A DNA stretch of 32,000 bases. Source: Candidatus Saccharimonadota bacterium. Its GTDB lineage: Bacteria; Patescibacteriota; Microgenomatia; UBA1406; GWC2-37-13. A program made the translations under genes and the position numbers. This document shows, piece after piece, positions 23,264 through 32,000 of this stretch (its first letter is position 1; each line of letters opens with the position of its first letter). Below the pieces are notes generated by a model that was not told the DNA's origin, did not search any database, and saw nothing but the letters and a program-made list of their open reading frames with translations. Where the stretch lies: NCBI GenBank assembly GCA_016699265.1, contig CP064967.1, forward strand, positions 240,001-272,000, given 5' to 3'.

Positions 23264-24141
23264 TAAGAGTCTGTAACTCTTCTGGGTAGTCTGTGCATAG
23301 TGCGTCTGCGCCATTAGCTATAATTTCTTTAGCCCGCCTAAGAGCAGTTTTCATTGACGCCCCGTCCGAATGAACTTCTCCACTTTTAAGTCTCGGTGAC
23401 GTTGCATGAAGTTCTGGCATTACTACTGCCACCATATATCCCGAATCATGCAGTGTCGCAAAAAATTCTTTTGTATAAAGTTGTTTGGAATCTCCATCGG
23501 TGTCTGTAAGATCCCACTCGTCACCCCAGATCCACCTATATAGACCCTCCCCTTTTGGGCCAAGTTCTAATGCCTCTTCAACAGAGATCAATGTTCTCGC
23601 AACCGAACTGTTATAGCGCTCTATGTCATAGTTATGTGCTACGGAAGGAGCAAGAATCAAGTCGGGATTTTTCAAGCATATAGCGGGCATTCTCTGGTTT
23701 GACATCAAAAATCATAATCCGGTCCACAACATCTGGGTGCTTCTTAAGATGTGCCAGTATCAGGTCAATGTCTTCGGTTCCTTCTTGAAAAATTCCCTTA
23801 AGATGCATGGCGCTGATTCCGACAGAGTGAGACTCGATCAATTCTAGGACTTGATCAAGCGTCGGAACGGTGAAACCACCCGGAAGTTTGAGTTTAGTTA
23901 TTTCTAAAAACGAAACGTCTCTGACTAGTCTGTCATCTTTAGAAGCGGTTAATCGACTAAGTGTAGGGTCATGCATTACGACAATGCTTTTACCGACAGA
24001 TCGGTCTTTAGTGAAGCTGGGATCAAACTCAAGACCGTACCCTCTTCCTATCTGGAACTTAAGCGCTTCAAGACTCTGCTCAAATGGATGGTCTTTTCGA
24101 GCAGGTTGAAGTCCTCTATGTGTGATTATGGTAGGTTTCAT
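23229..24141 (-). pseudogene. glycerophosphodiester phosphodiesterase (GDPD) family, split by one frameshift at a T5/A5 run
   Basis: The N-terminal ORF has IITHRG...EQSLEAL...GYGLEFD...VVMHDPTL (the GDPD HRG / E.D / HD motifs) and ends ...ARYMLEKSRLDS*. The second ORF continues NPDLILAPSVAHNYDIERYN...ADALCTDYPEEL. They join as YMLE|NPDL if one A is removed from the run at 23668-23672. The span is 3n+1 nt. Confidence 0.75.
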
Positions 24142-24153
24142 ACAATTAAGTGT

Positions 24154-25056
24154 CTAGTTAGTGTTTTTTTCTAGGCTTTCGGTGAATTTCTTGGCTCCAA
24201 CTATGCTTAGATGATCGCTGTCAATAAAATCTTCATCTATGAAATTAACATCATCCATATAATTAAGATACTCAACTCCAAACTTACTTGCTACAGATTT
24301 AATGATTTTTTGATCAGTGGTATATTTGTTTCGATCCATATTGGTAAAGTAGGAACTGCAGATAGGTGGTGAGACAAGGATGAGTTTAATATTTTTTTGC
24401 GAAAGGATCGTTGCAATGCTTTCAATATATTGAACATTATCTTTGATATTTTTTGAGTGCATTATCGAGCTATGAAACTTTGCACGTGAAAGGCCAGTTG
24501 CGCAGGATCCCCCACTACCTAAAGCATCCCATCCATTTTTTTGTAAAGTGACTTCGGGATTTTTGAAACCAGAAAAAATATAGGCGAGCGCCTGATCTTT
24601 TTTGTACAGTTCAATAAGACTAATCTTGCGTATGTCCCAGTCGAGTTTATTGCGCTCCGTGGAAATTCCGTAGGCATGGTAATAGAACATCGATCTCCAG
24701 TCCTCATCAATATCCATCAGTGAGTACTCCAGAGAAAAATACGAAACCTCAAGGTAAACGGTTTTAAGACTCGGCATAGAATCGATGTATTTTTCAAGCA
24801 ACGCATTGTCATAGTAAAGCGACTGACTCGCATAGGCTAAATTAAATGCCTTGCTGGAGAGGTACCGAGGATTAATACCATGAAAGGCATGGGATGATCC
24901 TAGAATAAGCGTCTGGACGTCTTTTTTTTGTGGTTCGAAGAAATCTCGTTTTACGGAATAATTAGTAGGTACGAGTCGTAGTCCGTGTTCCCACCAAATA
25001 ACAATAAGCAAAAAAGGTAGTATGAGAATAATGATTTTGAGTATTAATTTTCCCAT
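24154..25056 (-). CDS. membrane-anchored SGNH/DltD/AlgJ-like putative acyl-transfer partner of the MBOAT
   Basis: 300 aa with an N-terminal signal anchor (LKIIILILPFLLIVIWW). LILGSSHAFHGINP resembles the Ser-containing block I of SGNH/DltD-like proteins. The gene sits immediately downstream of the MBOAT gene with a 1-nt spacer. The assignment rests mostly on context. Confidence 0.45.
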   Translation of the reverse strand: MGKLILKIIILILPFLLIVIWWEHGLRLVPTNYSVKRDFFEPQKKDVQTLILGSSHAFHGINPRYLSSKAFNLAYASQSLYYDNALLEKYIDSMPSLKTVYLEVSYFSLEYSLMDIDEDWRSMFYYHAYGISTERNKLDWDIRKISLIELYKKDQALAYIFSGFKNPEVTLQKNGWDALGSGGSCATGLSRAKFHSSIMHSKNIKDNVQYIESIATILSQKNIKLILVSPPICSSYFTNMDRNKYTTDQKIIKSVASKFGVEYLNYMDDVNFIDEDFIDSDHLSIVGAKKFTESLEKNTN

Positions 25057-25057
25057 A

Positions 25058-26445
25058 TTAGAAACGTGTATAAATGAACTTAACTGATTGCGTGTTATAA
25101 AAAATGGAGAACAAGATCATAAACACCACAACATAGTAAAATGTCCAACGTTGAAGTGGTGATCGATCATGCAAATGCTGATTTTGTATATTTCCGATAA
25201 AAAACTCAGAATGATAAACAGTGCAACAGTAAAGAGCGTTGAGATAAATATATCTTCTGATATGCCATAACCATCTGAGTATAAAAGATGCCAAAAATCT
25301 TCAAATTTAAAGGCGGCAAGGAGTTTCAGTACCGAGCCCAGACCACGATAAAAATGCGAAACGATATACAGTGCATCGTTTAGTGATGGAGCGCGGAAAA
25401 AAACCCATAATACGGTAACTAAGCTGAAAGTGATTGGCACAGCTAAAAAGTTATAGATTTTGGCAAAATACTTCCATAACTGGTTCCAGTCTCTGTCCGA
25501 TGCGGTCACGGAGCTTGTACTTTTTAGCAAATTGCTCAGAATAAGTACCAAACCGTGAAGTAGGCCCCACGCAACGAAGGTAACGCCGTTTCCATGCCAG
25601 AAACCACTTGCAAGAAATGTAATGAGTATATTTATCGACTGCCGATCAAAATTCACTCTGTTGCCACCAAGAGGAATGTAGATATAGTCACGCAACCATG
25701 ATGAAAGTGAGATGTGCCAACGAGTCCAAAAATCCTGTAGTGATTTTGCAAGGTATGGTCGATTGAAATTTTCTGTGCTATTTATGCCGAGCATCCGTGC
25801 AGCGCCAATTGCGATGTTAGAATACCCAGAAAAGTCAGCGTAAATCTGAACAGAGAAAAGAACCATCGCCAAAATTAAGGGAAGGCCGATGTAATTTTGT
25901 GGTTGAAGATAGATGTTATTCACCACAATCGCAACTCTGTCTGCAACAACTATTTTCTGAAACAATCCCCACAAAACTCTAATCAGCCCTTCGTAAGTAC
26001 GGCCGGCCGTTAGGGCAACAGGATTCTTTAACTGTGGTATTAGAGTTGAGGGACGGTCTATAGGTCCTGCAAAAAGTTGCGGAACAAAGGCAATGTAAAG
26101 CGCATAGTAGCCAAAATGTTTTTCTGGCTTCAGCTTATTCCGATAAATGTCAATAATGTAGCTGAGTGCTTTCAATGTATAGAATGATAATCCCAATGTG
26201 CCAAGCACGTTTGCCTTTAAGTACATATTCAGAAAGCTAAATTTAGTCAACAGCAGAGGTGCGCAGGTTAAACTAACAGCAAAGAAAAAATAAACTCTAT
26301 TTTTACGATTTTCAAGAATCACGCCAAAAACATAGATAATTATGGTTACAACAAAAAGCAGAATAGCGGCATACACATTTATAAGTAGCGTCATAAGGTA
26401 GCTTATTGCAAGGAGGAAAATCCATCGATTTGAAGAAGAAGTCAT
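25058..26445 (-). CDS. MBOAT-family membrane O-acyltransferase (AlgI/DltB-like), with a frameshift 25-30 codons before the end
   Basis: Hallmarks are FWTRWHISLSSWLRDYIYIPLGGNR and FLASGFWHG (catalytic His). The track ORF ends at 25117, but the canonical MBOAT C-terminal tail ...YYVVVFMILFSIFYNTQSVKFIYTRF* is in another frame and ends at 25058. The frames join as NVGHF|YYVVV if one base is added to the A4 run at 25137-25140. The span is 3n+2 nt. Confidence 0.85.
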
Positions 26446-27482
26446 AGTTTTTTGGGAATATTAATATCTTTTAGCCAAGAAAGACTATTTTTATCTCTCT
26501 TATTTATAAATGATAAAGTAAGAGCGCGTATAACTAGTTTAAACTGAATGTTTATAAATCTCATCCAATCACTCGTGGTCGTGAGAGCTGTGGGAAAGTG
26601 CCTTCTCGCTAGGCGATGAGATCCGACTACTTTTTTTAGTTTGCCCTTGATGAGATGTAGATTTATTGCACTGAGAGCCATAAACATGTGAGTTTGAACA
26701 AAAATTTTCCATTCGAGATTGTTTTTATAGAAAGACTGATAGTATCCGGCTATGATTTTGAAATAGTTATCTAAGCGTATAAGTTCACCTTCTACCGATT
26801 TAACCGTTTTTGCTTTATCAAAGGTTTGCGCCTCATGTGTGCGCCAAGCAAATACAATTTTGTCGCGATAGAACACGTCATATCGAGAGACAAGTTTGAG
26901 AAAATGAGGCACATCCGCTTCAGTTTTATATGCAGGATCATAAAGTCCGATTTCCCTAAACACCTTTTTTTGATAGATACTAGCGCCGGAAGGTGCGATC
27001 ATAGGCGCCAGCTGCTGAAGAAATAACTTCATCGTTTCAGGTTGCTTCATGTACCGATCATGGTTGAATATATGAGCTGTAAAAAGAGGAGCATTTTTGT
27101 CATCGATTATAGTTATTGCTGAGGTATAAAAGGCCGCCTTGTGCTTAGATATGGTTTTGATCCATGTTGCGTGCCAGTCTGGTGCGATGAGATCGTCACT
27201 ATGTAGAAGGCAGATGTAGTCGCCCTTCGCCAGACTGATTGCTTTGTTCCAGTTACCGATCATTCCAATGTTCTTTTTATTCACAATAAACTTAATTCCG
27301 TACTTCTTCTGGTAGTGCTTACAAACCTTTAAAGTTCCATCGGTTGAATTATTGTCCACTACAATAACTTCATACGGTTTTATAGTTTGGTTTGCTACGC
27401 TCTGAAGGGTTTGAGCTAGGAGATCTGCTCGGTTGTAGGTGGGAATGCAGATAGATATTTTTGCTTTATTTTTTGACTGCAT
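26442..27482 (-). CDS. family 2 glycosyltransferase
   Basis: ISICIPTYNRADLLAQTLQSVANQT, EVIVVDNNSTDGT and LHSDD (DxD-type). I start it at ATG 27482 (MQSKNKAKISICIP). Its stop overlaps the MBOAT start by 4 nt. Confidence 0.8.
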   Translation of the reverse strand: MQSKNKAKISICIPTYNRADLLAQTLQSVANQTIKPYEVIVVDNNSTDGTLKVCKHYQKKYGIKFIVNKKNIGMIGNWNKAISLAKGDYICLLHSDDLIAPDWHATWIKTISKHKAAFYTSAITIIDDKNAPLFTAHIFNHDRYMKQPETMKLFLQQLAPMIAPSGASIYQKKVFREIGLYDPAYKTEADVPHFLKLVSRYDVFYRDKIVFAWRTHEAQTFDKAKTVKSVEGELIRLDNYFKIIAGYYQSFYKNNLEWKIFVQTHMFMALSAINLHLIKGKLKKVVGSHRLARRHFPTALTTTSDWMRFINIQFKLVIRALTLSFINKRDKNSLSWLKDINIPKKL

Positions 27483-28248
27483 ATATAAAAACGCTTGCCC
27501 CTTTATTGTTTGCAACACGATCATCTAAAATTGCGTTTTCAATTTCTTCTTTATATTTTAGAAACACATTCTTTTCAGCATTGCGATCAAACACTGCTCG
27601 TATTCGCACCTCCCATGCAATTTTATCCCACAGCATGCAGGTTTTTAGAAATATAATAGTCGCTTTTTGACAATTAAGCCGTGTTTTTAACTTCTTGGTC
27701 CAAGTAGCGTGAGAGTAGGTGTGGTAATGGTTAAGCATCTTATTTCTCTTTTCAAGGTAGAGCTTGCCTAAAATTCCAAGTCCCGATCTCTCAAGAACAT
27801 TAGAAAGCCATAGATAGTGCTTAAAATTATGAGATGGTGATGTGAACACAAATGCCCCCCCCTTTTTAAGAGTTCTTGCTACCTCCTGAAGAACTGCTTC
27901 GTTATCGGGTATATGTTCAATTACTGAGTTTGAAAATATGAAATTTAACGATTCGTATCTCAGAGACATTTTCTCAGCGCTTTCAATCAAAATTTTTTTA
28001 TATCGTTTGGTTCTCTTTGCTACGTGAAGATCATTCGCCTCACCGTTATCGAGATTATAAGTAAATTTTGAGTCGAATAAAATTGAGCTAAGATAGCCGT
28101 CCCCACCTCCAAGATCCATAGATGGCTGTTTGAACACCATCCGTTTTGTGTTTTTATAAACATTTTGGAGTTCAATGGTGCGAAACAGTTTTGATGCTGG
28201 ATGGGGGTGGTGTTGGAAGTGAGACAACATTACAAATTTAGTCTTCAT
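27466..28248 (-). CDS. class I SAM-dependent methyltransferase
   Basis: 260 aa. MDLGGGDGYLS (motif I), FIFSNSVIEHIPD and LKKGGAFVFTSP fit the Methyltransf_11-type layout. Confidence 0.8.
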   Translation of the reverse strand: MKTKFVMLSHFQHHPHPASKLFRTIELQNVYKNTKRMVFKQPSMDLGGGDGYLSSILFDSKFTYNLDNGEANDLHVAKRTKRYKKILIESAEKMSLRYESLNFIFSNSVIEHIPDNEAVLQEVARTLKKGGAFVFTSPSHNFKHYLWLSNVLERSGLGILGKLYLEKRNKMLNHYHTYSHATWTKKLKTRLNCQKATIIFLKTCMLWDKIAWEVRIRAVFDRNAEKNVFLKYKEEIENAILDDRVANNKGASVFIYAVKK

Positions 28249-28257
28249 AGCTGAACA

Positions 28258-29202
28258 TTATATACTTAAAATATTTTTATTTTGCCTCTGAATATACGAT
28301 CTATCTCTCCAAAGTCCGTACATAATACCATCTGCTATGCCCTGAATTGCAATCACAATATTTTTTGGATCAACAGTTGGAAGATACGTGATCGTGATTA
28401 TGGGATTCCAGATTGCCATAAATAATATAAATTGAGCTAGGCTGCTATGTTTACGCATGTAGATGATTCTGTTTCTAAAAAATAAATATGCTTTGGCGCG
28501 ATTAGAGTAGAGCCTCTTAGCTCTTGTTTTAGCGCTCGTATGTGCGACTATAGCATCGTCGAGCGGATGCCAGATTCTTGCCTGCGGACAAGATGTAATC
28601 TCATAACCCAACGATAAGATCCTCTCCCCCATATCAGGCTCCTCATAGATCATGGGAAATAAAATATGATCGAATCCTTTAATTTGATTAAAAATTTTGG
28701 ATCTAGTTATATATAGACTATGAAAGTGATTCATGCCATGAGGATTTTTTTTATCTGTAAAATTGTGCAGAAGGCTGCTAGTTCGATTAATGGTAACCCC
28801 AATAGAAATAAGAACCTTCGTTGTTATCTCATAATGAGAAGGTCCAGATACTCCGACATTTGGGTGTGATTGCATAAACTCAGAGAGTTTTTGTATTAGG
28901 CTTGTATCTGTTAGCACGTCGCTTCCCATAAGTATTACAAAATCAAATTTTTTTGAGATACGAAAGTGAGTGAATCCAATATTGACTGCTTTAGAAACGT
29001 ACACATTTTTGGGAAGCCGGAGGTAGGAAGCATTGTTCTTTCGGCATATGTCACGGACATTCTCCTTTGAGCCGTTATCGATAACAAATATTTCATATAT
29101 TGATTTCGGCCTATTCTTTTGGAGCGCTTTTAGACACTCATCTAAAACCTTAGCTCTGTTGTAGGCTACAACAAGAACAGCTGTCTTTGATTTTTTTTTC
29201 AT
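28258..29202 (-). CDS. family 2 glycosyltransferase
   Basis: TAVLVVAYNRAKVLDECLKAL, IFVIDNGSKE and the ILMGSDV region. ATG 29202 forms an ATGA overlap with the upstream stop (29199-29201), so I prefer it to the track's 29229. Confidence 0.8.
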   Translation of the reverse strand: MKKKSKTAVLVVAYNRAKVLDECLKALQKNRPKSIYEIFVIDNGSKENVRDICRKNNASYLRLPKNVYVSKAVNIGFTHFRISKKFDFVILMGSDVLTDTSLIQKLSEFMQSHPNVGVSGPSHYEITTKVLISIGVTINRTSSLLHNFTDKKNPHGMNHFHSLYITRSKIFNQIKGFDHILFPMIYEEPDMGERILSLGYEITSCPQARIWHPLDDAIVAHTSAKTRAKRLYSNRAKAYLFFRNRIIYMRKHSSLAQFILFMAIWNPIITITYLPTVDPKNIVIAIQGIADGIMYGLWRDRSYIQRQNKNILSI

Positions 29203-29975
29203 ATTGAAGTAGTTTTTTTTGCAATCCATTTTTTATACCCAATCTTCTCCCATGGTTTACCCCTTGAGAAGTTATTCATCCATGGATAGTGCTTCTTCCC
29301 CTTACTTTCGCGTGATTCGATATCGCGAACATCGCAAATCTTTCTCCCTGGAACGCCCAGTACGAGTTCAAAATCCTTAACATTTTTTGTTACTACGCAA
29401 CCCGCTCCAACTAAACAGTTTTCGCCAATTTTTATTCCTGGCATAATGATGGACCCAGTAGAGATTATGGAATAATCTCCTACCGTGACTCCTTTATATA
29501 CGTTAGACGGAGGAGTCGGATCATTTGTGAATACAACATATGGATAGATGTAGACAAAGTTGCCAATTTTAGTACCTTGACAGACATGAGCATTACTATG
29601 CAGTCTGCAATAATCTCCGAATGTCGCATGACCTTGAATATCGGACAGTGTTCCAACAGAGCAGTGGTCTCCCATTTTTGTCTTTTCTCGTATCATCACT
29701 CGATGTCCTGTCTGTAAGTTTGTACCAAATTTAGACCCAGCATATATGATTGTGTGACTTCGTATTAAGCTATCTGCCCCTATGATGGTTTTAGGATTTT
29801 TGTAAGAGTCGTCATAGTAGTAATCTTGCGTCGGTTCACCGATTATGCAATCATTTGCGATTATAGAGTTTTCGCCTATTACGACATTATCGTATATTAC
29901 CGTTCTATCACCTATCCGCACACCTTTGCCAAGGATAACCTTTTTGCCAACTGTGTAGTTATTATTAAATTTCAT
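29199..29975 (-). CDS. left-handed beta-helix (hexapeptide repeat) acyl/acetyltransferase
   Basis: 258 aa with repeated [LIV]-G-x-x-x-x hexads ([34 protein letters not shown] ... [13 protein letters not shown] ... [31 protein letters not shown]). There are ATGA overlaps at both ends. Confidence 0.8.
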   Translation of the reverse strand: MKFNNNYTVGKKVILGKGVRIGDRTVIYDNVVIGENSIIANDCIIGEPTQDYYYDDSYKNPKTIIGADSLIRSHTIIYAGSKFGTNLQTGHRVMIREKTKMGDHCSVGTLSDIQGHATFGDYCRLHSNAHVCQGTKIGNFVYIYPYVVFTNDPTPPSNVYKGVTVGDYSIISTGSIIMPGIKIGENCLVGAGCVVTKNVKDFELVLGVPGRKICDVRDIESRESKGKKHYPWMNNFSRGKPWEKIGYKKWIAKKTTSI

Positions 29976-31237
29976 CTTCCTATTATATACGCAATATTTG
30001 TAGTTGCAGAACCTCCGATATTTAGCATTAAGCCATTTTTTGCAGATGCGACTTGATAATTGCCAGCAGAGTTTGTGACTTGCTTGTGGAGATCTAGCGT
30101 CATGCGAACTCCAGTGGCACCAACGGGATGGCCAGCGCCAATAAGCCCGCCACTTGGATTAATTGGTTTTTTGCCATTAAAATCAATCATCCCACTTTCC
30201 ACCACCTCATACTCTCTTCCCGGCTTACATAGTCCGAACGCAGAAATACAAGCATACTCACTTGAGGTAAAGCAGTCGTGTGTTTCTATAACATCAATAT
30301 TTTTGATAGTTAGTTTCGACATTGTGTAGGCATCATCAACGGCTTCTTTCGTCCATGGAAGTATATGCCTCATCCCCGTCGCTTGGGATATTTTTTCTGC
30401 AAAGGTTATTGGAGCTACTGTAAAACCCATACCTTTGATTTTTGAGATTTTGTTAGTTTTTATGCTTCGTTTTTTCGCATACTGTTTTGCGTATTGTTTG
30501 GATGATAAGACTAGCATCGCTGCGCCATCTGTAATTTGAGAGCAGTCTGATGTACACAGTCTTCCTCCAATCGAAAAGTTATAGGAATCATTTCTCAGCT
30601 GCGCGTGCTTATTGCTCATAAACCAAGAACGTGTCTGTGCATTCGAATTCCTTTTTGCGTTTGAGTAATTAATGTTTGAAATTTCCGCTAGAGAATCAAG
30701 AAATCGTTTTTCTGGAACTTTATACTTTTTAATTATCTGATCCGCTAGTTTCCCAAATAATTTTGGGAAAGGGAACTCTATCCCTTTTGCTTCAGTTTCA
30801 TAAAACGCTGCGGTACCTAGATAGTCTCCGCCCACCTGTGGTGGTACAGATTTCATGATCTCCATACCGATGACGATGGCAACGTCAATGTCACCAGCCT
30901 GAATTTTGGCACGTGCCGCATCGATTGCCACCGATCCGGAGGCACATGCCGCTTCATATCTTGCGGCTGGAATGCCATTAAAGCTACGATCTATCTCTGT
31001 GAGAAAGGCGCCAAGGTGGCCTTGTTGCACATACTGTTGAGCGTTAAAGTTGCCGATAAATATACCAATAGTTTTTGTTGATCCTAATTTTTTTATTTCA
31101 GAAAAATCCATACGGACTGCATCGAGTCCGTCATTAACTATTTCGTTAAGCATTGCTAAAAAATTCTTTCCTTCTTTAGTCCAATTTCTTTGAAAATCTG
31201 TCTGAGACCCACCGAGAATATAAACAGGGTTTTTCAT
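29972..31237 (-). CDS. thiolase-fold acetyl-CoA C-acyl/acetyltransferase
   Basis: 421 aa. [12 protein letters not shown] (nucleophilic Cys), ETHDCFT (His/Cys), [15 protein letters not shown] and NIGGSATT are the standard thiolase blocks. Confidence 0.85.
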   Translation of the reverse strand: MKNPVYILGGSQTDFQRNWTKEGKNFLAMLNEIVNDGLDAVRMDFSEIKKLGSTKTIGIFIGNFNAQQYVQQGHLGAFLTEIDRSFNGIPAARYEAACASGSVAIDAARAKIQAGDIDVAIVIGMEIMKSVPPQVGGDYLGTAAFYETEAKGIEFPFPKLFGKLADQIIKKYKVPEKRFLDSLAEISNINYSNAKRNSNAQTRSWFMSNKHAQLRNDSYNFSIGGRLCTSDCSQITDGAAMLVLSSKQYAKQYAKKRSIKTNKISKIKGMGFTVAPITFAEKISQATGMRHILPWTKEAVDDAYTMSKLTIKNIDVIETHDCFTSSEYACISAFGLCKPGREYEVVESGMIDFNGKKPINPSGGLIGAGHPVGATGVRMTLDLHKQVTNSAGNYQVASAKNGLMLNIGGSATTNIAYIIGR

Positions 31238-32000
31238 ACTTTAATTAAAGATCTGTAATCTAGTTCTGCCTGCAATTTATAAAAGTTATTGCTAGATTTT
31301 TTATGTAGTGCTAGTAATGTAGGCACCTGTAATTTATATTTTTTAATCATTGTTGACGTTTCGTCTACTCCTCCAAGTAGATCCACCATAGCGGATGGAG
31401 GTACCCAACTGAACCCAAATCCCATTGCGCGATCAATTATTTCTTTGTTATCTACAACGTCTCCTACAAGTGAAAATGAATAGCTTATGTAGCGTGCTAT
31501 AAAGTATTTGATAATATCGGCATCTGCATGACTTGATTCCTTAAGAATGTGAAATGCCCTCTTATATTCCCCTTTATGTATATATTCTCGCATCGCTTCT
31601 ACTACAGGACTATAATATTTTTGATGGGGCAAATATTTATTAGTCTTAATGTCGAAAGTAAATCTCTTTTTGTGCCCTTCAATTTCTTTTTTTGTATATA
31701 GTCCATCTCCTGATTTATTTCCGAACTTTCCCTTTCTTATCAAAGTCTGTAAAAAGGAAGGCATGCTAAATGTTGCTATTGCACTGTCCGTGTTAGAAAG
31801 ATTGTTTTTGAGATTATCGATAATCGCTTTATGCACGTCTAGGCCAACAAAGTCCAGTGTTTCAAGAGGGGCAAGAGCGCGTCCGGTGTGGCGACCCAGC
31901 AATGAATCGATATATGAAACTCCACCTCTGTCTCTATATTTATATGCATAGATGGCTGCCTCATTGATGAGTTGGAAACCGATTCTATTTGCGACAAACG
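31234..32000 (-). CDS. 3-hydroxyacyl-CoA dehydrogenase family protein, C-terminal part; 5' end outside the window
   Basis: The frame stays open upstream of the track's TTG 31902 to the window edge. That stretch reads [55 protein letters not shown], the F..NRI...NEA / D..M..G.G.P.GP..L.D.VGLD signature of HADH. The stop overlaps the thiolase start (ATGA). Confidence 0.8.
   Translation of the reverse strand, partial: FVANRIGFQLINEAAIYAYKYRDRGGVSYIDSLLGRHTGRALAPLETLDFVGLDVHKAIIDNLKNNLSNTDSAIATFSMPSFLQTLIRKGKFGNKSGDGLYTKKEIEGHKKRFTFDIKTNKYLPHQKYYSPVVEAMREYIHKGEYKRAFHILKESSHADADIIKYFIARYISYSFSLVGDVVDNKEIIDRAMGFGFSWVPPSAMVDLLGGVDETSTMIKKYKLQVPTLLALHKKSSNNFYKLQAELDYRSLIKV

Noticed and set aside
8900-25200. 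Programmed ribosomal frameshifting or phase-variable contingency tracts as the explanation for the frame breaks.
   Set aside because: The sites have no shared slippery heptamer or downstream pseudoknot. Both +1 and -1 changes occur. Several genes need three or four corrections. The runs are short (2-7 nt), well below the lengths typical of slipped-strand phase variation. Only the A7 run at 16895-16901 remains a weak candidate, and it is reported separately.
25058-25294. 78-aa ORF that could be called as a separate small membrane protein between the MBOAT and SGNH-like genes.
   Set aside because: Its last 25 or so residues (YYVVVFMILFSIFYNTQSVKFIYTRF) are the canonical MBOAT C-terminal helix and tail, and its first 50 residues overlap the MBOAT ORF out of frame. 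It is best explained as the displaced end of the MBOAT gene.
1-32000. CRISPR arrays, rRNA genes, toxin-antitoxin pairs, restriction-modification or other defence systems, prophage structural genes.
   Set aside because: I saw no regularly spaced direct repeats and no rRNA-like conserved stretches. None of the translated ORFs shows nuclease, helicase, ATPase, methylase-endonuclease or phage structural motifs. The two or three methyltransferases are small-molecule (Methyltransf_11) types embedded in glycan operons. The holin-like protein at 352-693 stands alone, without an endolysin.

Overview
AT-rich bacterial window using the standard genetic code (long ORFs end in TAA, TAG and TGA; tRNA-Trp has a CCA anticodon). 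Almost all of it is a cell-envelope glycan biosynthesis and modification region. All family calls come from motif recognition in my own translations; no searches were run.

The many GT-C/PMT-like polytopic membrane glycosyltransferases, the ATGA start/stop overlaps and the overlapping convergent gene ends remind me of uncultivated small-genome bacteria, but I cannot place it taxonomically.

Contents, left to right:
- galE 3' end, a holin-IV/YvlD-like membrane protein, a GlmU-type nucleotidyltransferase domain, a HIT protein and tRNA-Trp.
- Two GT-C membrane proteins, a GT2, a Wzx-like flippase, gmd, a broken methyltransferase, a PMT/GT39-like protein and an RmlC-like epimerase.
- A minus-strand run from 19343 to 10257: a large GT-C-like protein, a 551-aa unknown, an IPT-domain membrane protein, an ArnT-like GT-C, a broken GT2 and a broken FAD oxidoreductase.
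- A plus-strand run from 19344: FGGY kinase, tandem nucleotidyltransferases (one broken), a histidine phosphatase and a cupin, with a convergent GDPD phosphodiesterase.
- A minus-strand operon from 32000 to 24154: 3-hydroxyacyl-CoA dehydrogenase, thiolase, hexapeptide acyltransferase, GT2, methyltransferase, GT2, MBOAT and an SGNH-like partner.

Main hunt results:
1. An acyl-CoA-forming cassette is translationally coupled to a sugar acyltransferase.
2. A kinase/phosphatase/nucleotidyltransferase/cupin set looks like a non-orthologous NDP-sugar or polyol-phosphate pathway.
3. There is an uncharacterised membrane module at 14.6-19.3 kb.
4. About twenty reading-frame breaks are clustered between 8.9 and 25.2 kb, mostly in mononucleotide runs. 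These could be real decay or assembly indels, and this caveat affects many calls.

I saw no CRISPR array, transposase, integrase, rRNA or recognisable defence genes.
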